Below are positions 6,714-13,357 of a stretch of 13,357 nucleotides of DNA, one piece after another. Source of the stretch: Candidatus Eiseniibacteriota bacterium (GTDB taxonomy: Bacteria; Arandabacterota; Arandabacteria; Arandabacterales; Arandabacteraceae); assembly GCA_043810925.1 (NCBI GenBank), contig JBDRNT010000144.1:1-13357 (forward strand). Direction: 5' to 3'. Within the stretch, counting starts at the first letter, position 1. Every line of letters begins with the position of its first letter. Both the position numbers and the translations under genes were made by a program. The notes beneath the pieces are model-generated. The model was given only the letters and a program-made list of their open reading frames with translations. It did no database searches and was not told where the DNA came from.

Positions 6714-6824
6714 TTACACGCCTGCAGGAACCAGCGCACTACCCTGGCGTTCGAACTGGATGTCGATGACATCTATGGGTGGGAAATGAGTCTTTTGGTG
6801 TTCATATCGGGCCCCCGCTACCAT
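6714..6824 (-). other. 36-codon frame crossing the att site (MVAGARYEHQKTHFPPIDVIDIQFERQGSALVPAGV*): small ORF or attP-form C-terminal tail
   Basis: Translated by hand from the reverse complement. GGGAGG lies 9 nt upstream of the ATG, and TAA is at 6714-6716. Confidence 0.35.
6800..6823 (+). other. Attachment site: duplicated 3' fragment of an initiator tRNA-Met-like gene
   Basis: GTTCATATCGGGCCCCCGCTACCA resembles the tRNA-fMet 3' end GTTCAAATCCGGCCCCCGC(A/T)ACCA. The 5' half of the tRNA is absent. It lies at the switch from mobile-element genes to host genes. Confidence 0.75.
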
Positions 6825-6831
6825 ACCAAGA

Positions 6832-6874
6832 GACCTCCCGGTGCTACTCGCAGGCATCGGAATCCTGAGGTGTC
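6832..6874 (+). terminator. Stem-loop just downstream of the tRNA fragment (possibly the original tRNA gene terminator)
   Basis: ACCTC/GAGGT outer stem and CCGGTGC/GCATCGG inner stem. No clear U-tract. Confidence 0.3.
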
Positions 6875-6911
6875 AGAAACGTGGTGCCGGGCACCCACCT
6901 CACATTGCCTG

Positions 6912-6939
6912 TTGACTCAGATACCACGTGCGGTATAAT
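6912..6939 (+). promoter_or_regulatory. sigma70-type promoter for the 937-aa secreted protein
   Basis: TTGACT (6912-6917), 16 nt spacer, TATAAT (6934-6939), then GAGGTG RBS and ATG 6961. Confidence 0.7.
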
Positions 6940-6960
6940 GTTACGTGAGGTGCAGGGATC

Positions 6961-9774
6961 ATGCGGGCTGGATTCATCTTTGTATTCCTTGGGATCCTTT
7001 CCATAGCTGTGGCAGCATTTGCGGGTGCTAATCAGTACGCCAAGGTCGCCGTTCACGTCCTGCCACACATACCGAGAACCTGTGCGGATGGTGTTCCTGC
7101 GGTCAGTCAATGCACGGACATAATCTACACGGAGCCAAGCTCCGATGTGAACTTTTTCCCCCTATTCTTCGACCTCGTTGAATACCAGGGATTCGACTAC
7201 GGGATAACCTGGCCAGGCTCTGGGAGTTGCGTTTTCACAAGCTGTAGCGATCTTACCATAGGGAGCATTGTGGCACCCGGTGACTGGGTGGCTCACGCCT
7301 GGGCCACTTGCCAGCCAGGGCCTATTGCGATCCCGGGCTGGGGATGGATAAGCGACCAGGGGCAGGTGTGCATAATCCCTCGTCCCGGAGCGATCACAGT
7401 CAACATTGGCGACTGCTCCTCAGGGAACGATGCCCCGATTCAAGCCTTCTGCTGCGGCATTGGCGGGAGCGAAGGTGAAAATCCGTGCCAGGAACCACCG
7501 CCGGCCTGTGAGGTACGGCCAGCGACCCTGGATTTCGGCATTGTCGGCGTAGGATATGCCGCGGAACAAACGTTCACGGTCAGAAACACCGGGGGCGGCC
7601 TCTTGCGAGGTGAAATCGGCGAGGATTGTGCGGGATTCACTATCACTTCGGGTAGCGGGTTGTATGCCTTGGTGGGTGATGATTCAGTGGTGGTGACGAT
7701 TCGATTTGAGCCGGAGCTCTCAGGTCCCCATGAGTGCGTCATAGACACCGACGTCAGCTGTGCCGATGTAGTATGCGTGGGCATCGGCGCTCCCCCGCCT
7801 GTATGCATGCTCGCGCCGACCAGTCTGGACTTCGGTACAGTGTTCATCGGTGAGTTCTCGGACCATACATTCGCAATTCGGAACCTCGGGGGCAGCGCTC
7901 TCGCCGGCGAGGTCACGGAGGCATGCGCGCCCTACAGTATTGAATCAGGGGCAGGGCCGTATAATCTAGAACCTGATGATTCGGTGGTCGTGACGGTCCG
8001 GTTTGCCCCCACGGTACCGGGTGAGTATCCTTGCTCAGTGGCCGCGGGAGTAGACTGCCCAGCAGTCTTGTGCACAGGGATCGGGGAGCCCCTGCCGCTG
8101 TGTCTGGTTACGCCTGCAATGCTGGATTTTGGGACAGTCACACTGGGTGAGCCGCCAGTTGATACGTCATTTGTGATCTTGAATGCCGGAGGGGGCACTC
8201 TCACCGGCCATGTGGCGGAGACTTGTGGTCATTACAGCATCCTGGCAGGGGCGGGACCATACAACCTTGGCGCGGGTGAAACGGTAACCGTCACAGTCCG
8301 CTTTGAGCCACAATCGGCAGGGACTCACACATGCGAGATATCAACGGGACAAGGCTGCGACCAGCTGACATGCACCGGCATAAGTGTGAAGCCACCCGCT
8401 TGTAAGGTATGTCCCGCCAACCTGGACTTCGAGACTATACTGACAGGGGAGCATCGTGATCTTGGGGTGACCCTGAAGAGCGTCGGCTTGGATACACTCA
8501 CGGGCTTCATCAGCGCGACTTGCGACGAGTACAGCATTCAGGCAGGTGGTGGAAGCTACTGGCTGCCACCGGGTGATTCTGTGGCATTGACAGTCCGGTT
8601 TCAGCCTGACTCTTGTGGTTTGAGCACGTGCACCATCGCAACAGGGAGCAGCTGTGACGACATCGAGTGCGTGGGAGTAGCCGATGGTGTCTGTAGACCG
8701 CTTGTACTGGACAAGCAGGATGACGTGGGTATATGCACCGACCCGGGCAGTACAGTTGCATTCACCCTGTCGTACAGGAACACCAATCCTCTGCCGGCAA
8801 CCGGCGTCACCCTCGCAGACCGCTTGCCCGCTGAGATGCAGTTCTTGGCCGCAACCGGCGGGGGGGCATACGATCCCGTTGCTCATGATATCACCTGGGA
8901 TATCGGAACACTCGACGCCGATGCCTCGGGATCCGTCGGGCTGCTGGTTGAGATAGATCTATCAGCACCGGCAGAGATCACACTTACAGACACGTGCACC
9001 GTCTTCTGCAACGAGATGGGGCCAACGGATGCTCGGGAGGATACCGACGTATGCGGAGTTGAGATCCCCGTCTACGTAGACATCAGGCCCAGAATGTGCC
9101 CCAATCGGTTGGTACTGGATAGTCCGCTCATGCTCCTTGTGACCATACTGGGTGAGGCCGATCGTAGCGTCCGGGATATTGATGTCCCCACGCTTCGTCT
9201 CTCCCGCGAAGGCTTGACAGCCAGCCTTGCCCCCTCCGGATGGATCTACGAAGACGCGGCCACACCATTCACAGACAATCTGTGCGGCTGTCACAAACTC
9301 GGTGCGGATGGTTTTGAGGATCTGAAGATCAGGCTCCCGATACCGGATGTGGCATCGGTTCTCGAATTGGCAGGCCTGGAACATCAGGCGGTAACTCTCG
9401 TCATTAATGGGAATCTCGCCGGCGGAGAGCCGGTATCAGGCCGGGATTGTATTGTTGTGGAGGGGGAGAGCTTTGATGTAAGCGGCGACGGCATCGGGTT
9501 CGGCCCAAGCAGCCGAAGGCACACGGGCGGGGGCCAGATCGTTCTGACTTTCCATACATCCTCGCAGGACCTTGTGGTACTTGAGATCTTTGACGTGCGC
9601 GGTCGAGCTGTGAGGACTCTCGTTAACGAAACGAGGATGCCGGGGTCTCATGTGGTTACCTGGGACCTGAATGACGACAGGGGTTCTGCCGTCCCCACGG
9701 GCATCTATTTTGCCTGCCTGCGTGACAGCCAGCAGAGTCGCACTCAGAAAATTATACTCCTGGGCTCCCGCTAG
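6961..9774 (+). CDS. Large Cys-rich secreted protein: four choice-of-anchor-D/ASH-like Ig repeats, a DUF11-like domain and a C-terminal FlgD/T9SS-like domain
   Basis: Signal peptide MRAGFIFVFLGILSIAVAAFA. Repeats PxxLDFG...F.(I/V).N.GG..L.G...V.VRF.P. DUF11-like FTLSYRN...ATGVTLADRLP...ITWDIGTL. C-terminal LEIFDVRGRAVRTL...TWD...G..VPTGIYF...QKIILL. Confidence 0.85.
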   Translation: MRAGFIFVFLGILSIAVAAFAGANQYAKVAVHVLPHIPRTCADGVPAVSQCTDIIYTEPSSDVNFFPLFFDLVEYQGFDYGITWPGSGSCVFTSCSDLTIGSIVAPGDWVAHAWATCQPGPIAIPGWGWISDQGQVCIIPRPGAITVNIGDCSSGNDAPIQAFCCGIGGSEGENPCQEPPPACEVRPATLDFGIVGVGYAAEQTFTVRNTGGGLLRGEIGEDCAGFTITSGSGLYALVGDDSVVVTIRFEPELSGPHECVIDTDVSCADVVCVGIGAPPPVCMLAPTSLDFGTVFIGEFSDHTFAIRNLGGSALAGEVTEACAPYSIESGAGPYNLEPDDSVVVTVRFAPTVPGEYPCSVAAGVDCPAVLCTGIGEPLPLCLVTPAMLDFGTVTLGEPPVDTSFVILNAGGGTLTGHVAETCGHYSILAGAGPYNLGAGETVTVTVRFEPQSAGTHTCEISTGQGCDQLTCTGISVKPPACKVCPANLDFETILTGEHRDLGVTLKSVGLDTLTGFISATCDEYSIQAGGGSYWLPPGDSVALTVRFQPDSCGLSTCTIATGSSCDDIECVGVADGVCRPLVLDKQDDVGICTDPGSTVAFTLSYRNTNPLPATGVTLADRLPAEMQFLAATGGGAYDPVAHDITWDIGTLDADASGSVGLLVEIDLSAPAEITLTDTCTVFCNEMGPTDAREDTDVCGVEIPVYVDIRPRMCPNRLVLDSPLMLLVTILGEADRSVRDIDVPTLRLSREGLTASLAPSGWIYEDAATPFTDNLCGCHKLGADGFEDLKIRLPIPDVASVLELAGLEHQAVTLVINGNLAGGEPVSGRDCIVVEGESFDVSGDGIGFGPSSRRHTGGGQIVLTFHTSSQDLVVLEIFDVRGRAVRTLVNETRMPGSHVVTWDLNDDRGSAVPTGIYFACLRDSQQSRTQKIILLGSR
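7495..8685 (+). repeat. Four tandem ~99-aa Ig-like domain repeats
   Basis: Units start at 7495, 7792, 8089 and 8389 (periods 297, 297 and 300 nt), with conserved Cys spacing. Confidence 0.85.
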
Positions 9775-9904
9775 AGGTCGAGAGATCAGCCGGTGCGCCT
9801 TGGATCTAACAGGACGTGCTCCGCTCGGAAGCGCTTGAATCACGCGGCCCTATCCCTTAGTCTTTTGTAAGTGAATTGTAACCCAACAACGTGAGGTGAA
9901 CTTG

Positions 9905-11005
9905 ATGGACGAACGGATTCAGAGACTGGCCAGAACGCTGATTCACTATTCGATCAAACTCAAGAAGGGACAGCTGATCCAGATCCAGGGCGAGCCGGCA
10001 GCCTTGCCTCTGATAACAGCCGTCTTCGAGGAGGCCGTCAAAGTCGGCGCGCACCCTTACACCAAGATCAAGATCCCGGATACGGATGAGATCCTGCTCA
10101 AGCGCGGGAGTGATGCCCAGCTTAAGTACCTGAATCCTTTGACCAGGATTGCAGCCGGCAAGATCGATGCGCTCGTTGCCATATGGGGTACTGAGAACAC
10201 CAAGTACTTGTCGGGAGTGAATCCCAAGCGGCAGGCTCTGGCACGTAAGAGCACGGGCCCCATTGTGAAGAAGATGTTCAAACGGATAGCCGACAAGTCA
10301 CTTTCCTGGGTAGGAACGCAGTTCCCGACCCTGGCCGACGCCCAGGAGGCCGAAATGTCGCTCTCTGAATACGAAGACTTCGTCTACAAGGCCGGGCATG
10401 TCCACGCGGGCGATCCCGTGAAACACTGGAAGAAGGTGGCCCGGGATCAGGCCCGTCTGGTGCGTATCCTCAACCGTTTCGACCGGCTTCATATCCAGGC
10501 TGACGGGACCGATCTTAGGATGCGTGTCAAGGGCCGCAGGTGGGTCAACTGCGCCGGCACGGAGAATTTCCCGGACGGGGAGATATTCACAAGTCCGCTT
10601 GAAAGCACCGTCGAGGGACATATCCACTTCAGTTTCCCCGCGTGTTACATGGGACGCGAGGTCGAGGATGTTCGTCTTGAGTTTAAGAACGGCAAGGTGG
10701 TCAAGCATAGTGCCGCTAAGAACGAGGCCTTTCTCAGAGCAATGCTCGATCTCGACAAGGGCTCCAGGTTTGTCGGTGAGATCGCCGTTGGGACCAACTA
10801 CGACATCAAGCGTTTCTCAAGAAACATTCTCTTCGATGAGAAGATCGGCGGAACGTGTCATATGGCAGTCGGGGCCTCCATCCTCGAAGCCGGTGGTAAG
10901 AATCACAGCGCGCTTCACTGGGACATGATCTGCGATCTCAAGAAGGGCGGCGAAATCAAGGCTGACGGCAAGGTGATATACAGAAACGGCAAGTTCACGA
11001 TATAG
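9905..11005 (+). CDS. Aminopeptidase, peptidase M29 family (AmpS/PepS/AmpT-like)
   Basis: NFPDGEIFTSP, GEIAVGTN, NILFDEKIGGTCHMAVG and NHSALHWDMI metal-binding motifs. ATG 9905 follows GAGGTG. Confidence 0.93.
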   Translation: MDERIQRLARTLIHYSIKLKKGQLIQIQGEPAALPLITAVFEEAVKVGAHPYTKIKIPDTDEILLKRGSDAQLKYLNPLTRIAAGKIDALVAIWGTENTKYLSGVNPKRQALARKSTGPIVKKMFKRIADKSLSWVGTQFPTLADAQEAEMSLSEYEDFVYKAGHVHAGDPVKHWKKVARDQARLVRILNRFDRLHIQADGTDLRMRVKGRRWVNCAGTENFPDGEIFTSPLESTVEGHIHFSFPACYMGREVEDVRLEFKNGKVVKHSAAKNEAFLRAMLDLDKGSRFVGEIAVGTNYDIKRFSRNILFDEKIGGTCHMAVGASILEAGGKNHSALHWDMICDLKKGGEIKADGKVIYRNGKFTI

Positions 11006-11022
11006 ACAGTGTGTGAGGCCAA

Positions 11023-11049
11023 GGGTCGTGCCGTCGGGCACGGAGACCC
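11023..11049 (+). terminator. GC-rich hairpin after the aminopeptidase gene
   Basis: CGTGCC-GTCG-GGCACG stem extended by GGGT/ACCC. No strong U-tract. Confidence 0.4.
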
Positions 11050-11072
11050 GACGCTACATTAGTTAGTAGTAG

Positions 11073-11101
11073 TTGACATAGGACGTGGGGGCTGTTATAT
11101 T
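11073..11101 (+). promoter_or_regulatory. sigma70 promoter of rpsT
   Basis: TTGACA, 17 nt spacer, TATATT with an extended -10 TGn. AAGGAGG RBS follows. Confidence 0.8.
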
Positions 11102-11130
11102 GACCGAAAAGCCCTAAGGAGGGAACGCAT

Positions 11131-11388
11131 TTGCCACATCATAAGTCCGCAAAGAAGAGACTGAGACAGGATAAGAAACGAAGAGAGGCGAACAAGGCAG
11201 TCAAGTCGGCTGTGAAGACCGCTGTCAAGAAGGTCCGGGCAGCGGAGACCGGTGAGGAGGCTGCCAAACACCTCTCGAGTGCGGAATCTGCACTGGACCG
11301 GGCGGCGAGGAAGAATGTCATTCACTGGCGGAACGCTGCACGGAAGAAATCGAGACTGGCGAAGAGGGTAAATTCTCTTTCGAGTTAG
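11131..11388 (+). CDS. rpsT: 30S ribosomal protein S20
   Basis: MPHHKSAKKRLRQ...N.AVKS.VKTAVKK...ALDRAARKNVIH.RNAARKKSRL. TTG start, as is common for rpsT. Confidence 0.97.
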   Translation: MPHHKSAKKRLRQDKKRREANKAVKSAVKTAVKKVRAAETGEEAAKHLSSAESALDRAARKNVIHWRNAARKKSRLAKRVNSLSS

Positions 11389-13106
11389 GGAACGAGCTTT
11401 TTCCTCTCCTCTGCTACGACCTCACTTATAACCTTTACGGCATCGTCCTTGGGTATCTTGGTCGTTTCGCCCGTCTTTCGTATCCGTAACTCGACGTTGC
11501 CTTCCTTGGCGGCCCTCTCCCCCACCGTCACCCTCAAGGGAAACCCGACAAGATCGGCGTCTTTAAACTTGTTACCCGGACGCTCGTCTCTATCATCGAG
11601 CAGCACCTCTATCCCCTTCTCCGTAAGACCGTCATGGATGGCCTCGGCCGTGGTCTTAAGATCGGGCTCGGTCACGTTCGTAGGAAGTACGTGAACCTCG
11701 AAGGGAGCTATACTGATCGGCCATGCGATTCCATCCTTATCATTATGCTGCTCGATAGCGGCTGCGACGGTACGCGTTATGCCGATGCCGTAGCAACCCA
11801 TGACAAACGGTTTCTCAGCCCCCTTCTCGTCCAGGAACGTGGCCTTCATTATCTCCGAGTACTTGGTACCGAGTTTGAATATCTGACCAACCTCTATACC
11901 TCTCCAGGTGGAAAGAGGCTTCCCGCATCTTCTGCACTTGTCCCCGGCCACCACCTCCAGCAGATCGTAAAACTCGTCCACCTCGAAGTCGCGTCCCCGG
12001 TTCACATTGACGAGATGGGTATCCGCCTCGTTGGCACCGGTAATCATGTTGGTCATACCTGAAACCGTGGTGTCTGCAATCACCCTGGCACCCTTAAGCC
12101 CCACGGGACCCGAGAAGCCGAGCGGGCCACCCGTCAACTTCTCGATCTCGGCCGGAGAGGCCATGTCGAGGTTCACCGCTCCGAGCACCTTTACGAGCTT
12201 GATCTCGTTTATCTCCCTGTCTCCCCGTATCAGCACCGCGACATAGTCGCCGTCAGTATTGTATATGATTGTCTTCAGGAGATCGGACGGCTTCCTCCTT
12301 AAGAACTCAGTCACCTCTTCTACCGTCTTCATCCCCGGAGTGCTCACCTTCTCAACCGTCTTCGCCTCGCCCCCGTTCTCGGGGCACACTGCTTCACCCT
12401 CGGCGCTGTCACTGGTCGCCGCATAGCCGCACTCGCAGGCGAAAACCTGTGATTCGCCCGTCTCGGCAAATACCATGAACTCATGGGTCACGTCGCCGCC
12501 GATCGCGCCCGAATCGGCTTGCACCGCTCCGAACGTGAGACCGCACCGCTTGAAAATGCGCGTGTAGGCTTCATGCATTTTCTCATAGGTCTTGGCAAGA
12601 CACGCTTCATCACGATGAAAACTGTAAGCATCCTTCATCATGAATTCCCGTGCCCTCACCACCCCGAAGCGGGGCCTGACCTCGTCCCTGAACTTGGTCT
12701 GGATCTGGTAGAGCGTAAGCGGGATCTGGCGGTAGGAACGAACCTCACCCCTGACTATATCGGTTACCACCTCTTCGTGAGTCGGACCCAGGGCGAAGGA
12801 CCTGTCGTGCCTGTCCTTGACCCTCATCAGCTCTTTCCCGTAAACATCCCACCTGCCGCTTTCCGTCCAGAGCTCGGCCGGGCTCAGGATGGGCATCAGG
12901 ATTTCAAGACCCCCGATCCGGTTCATCTCTTCCCTGACGATGTTTTCAACCTTCATCGCCGCCCGTTTGCCCAGCGGCAGAAGGCTGTAGATCCCCGATG
13001 AGAGCTTTCTAATCAGCCCTGCCCGGAGCATAAGTCTGTGACTCTGGGTATCCGCCTCTGAAGGCGTTTCCTTGAGTGTCGGTATGAAGAACTCAGTCCA
13101 CCGCAT
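11385..13106 (-). CDS. proS: Proline--tRNA ligase (bacterial type with INS editing domain)
   Basis: SHRLMLRAG, LGPTHEE, QTKFRDEVRPRFG..RAREF.MKDAYSF, GFSGP (editing domain), RGIEVGQIFKLGTKYS and MGCYGIG. ATG 13106 is preferred on RBS spacing. Confidence 0.98.
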   Translation of the reverse strand: MRWTEFFIPTLKETPSEADTQSHRLMLRAGLIRKLSSGIYSLLPLGKRAAMKVENIVREEMNRIGGLEILMPILSPAELWTESGRWDVYGKELMRVKDRHDRSFALGPTHEEVVTDIVRGEVRSYRQIPLTLYQIQTKFRDEVRPRFGVVRAREFMMKDAYSFHRDEACLAKTYEKMHEAYTRIFKRCGLTFGAVQADSGAIGGDVTHEFMVFAETGESQVFACECGYAATSDSAEGEAVCPENGGEAKTVEKVSTPGMKTVEEVTEFLRRKPSDLLKTIIYNTDGDYVAVLIRGDREINEIKLVKVLGAVNLDMASPAEIEKLTGGPLGFSGPVGLKGARVIADTTVSGMTNMITGANEADTHLVNVNRGRDFEVDEFYDLLEVVAGDKCRRCGKPLSTWRGIEVGQIFKLGTKYSEIMKATFLDEKGAEKPFVMGCYGIGITRTVAAAIEQHNDKDGIAWPISIAPFEVHVLPTNVTEPDLKTTAEAIHDGLTEKGIEVLLDDRDERPGNKFKDADLVGFPLRVTVGERAAKEGNVELRIRKTGETTKIPKDDAVKVISEVVAEERKKLVP

Positions 13107-13356
13107 TTCCACCTTCCCTTAAGATCTTGACCACTTCCTCGACTATTATCTTCACAAGTTCGGTCCGGTCGGCGTCCTGCGGAACTCCACAGATGCCGGA
13201 CTCCTCACAACCGGGGTAAACACCCCCGGCCCCGGCTGCCGCCCTTACCTCGACGAGTTTCCTGACATCATCGTGCGCGAGTGAGCCCACGCTTCCCAGA
13301 TGTCTCGCTATGAACGTTATCTCCGCAAAATGCTCTACGGTCTCAAGTTTATGATA
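13093..13356 (-). CDS. Class II aldolase/adducin family protein, C-terminal part (partial, runs off the window)
   Basis: The frame is open to the window edge: YHKLETVEHFAEITFIARHLGSVGSLAHDDVRKLVEVR..., which is typical of the C-terminal helices of FucA-like aldolases. It overlaps the proS start. Confidence 0.7.
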   Translation of the reverse strand, partial: YHKLETVEHFAEITFIARHLGSVGSLAHDDVRKLVEVRAAAGAGGVYPGCEESGICGVPQDADRTELVKIIVEEVVKILREGGNAVD

Positions 13357-13357
13357 A

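Larger units (their letters stand above)
467..6823 (-). mobile_element. tRNA-integrated phage-satellite-like element or degenerate prophage, right part (left boundary probably outside the window)
   Basis: att-like tRNA fragment plus a co-oriented, overlapping rep-MTase-parB-terS-like operon. No capsid, tail, TerL or integrase gene is present in the window. Confidence 0.65.

Noticed and set aside
6750-6823. Complete tRNA gene
   Set aside because: No 5' acceptor strand (CGCGGGG), D-arm or anticodon arm; only the 3' end matches.
7440-13001. Numerous antisense or alternative-frame ORFs overlapping the secreted protein, aminopeptidase, rpsT and proS
   Set aside because: These are shadow ORFs expected in GC-rich coding DNA, with no independent motifs.

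Overview
The window has two parts. The left part (1-6823) is the right end of an integrated, phage-satellite-like or degenerate prophage element. Its boundary is a displaced 3' fragment of an initiator-tRNA(Met)-like gene (…GGCCCCCGCTACCA, 6800-6823). All core genes lie on the minus strand and are translationally coupled: a primase-less P-loop replication ATPase with a symmetric iteron array (probable origin) inside its coding sequence, a Dam/D12-class adenine methyltransferase, a ParB/Srx protein and a terminase-small-subunit-like HTH protein. These are followed by a secreted FlgD/T9SS-type cargo gene, a diverged second copy of (ParB C-terminus + HTH gene), and an IS3-family end that interrupts another gene. 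A 36-codon frame reads through the att site into the element and may be the attP-form C-terminus of a gene at the element's far end. The right part (6824-13357) is ordinary host DNA: a large Cys-rich secreted Ig-repeat protein, an M29 aminopeptidase, rpsT, proS and the end of a class II aldolase. The FlgD/T9SS-like tails suggest an FCB-superphylum (possibly candidate-phylum) host. All calls come from motif recognition by eye; no searches were run.
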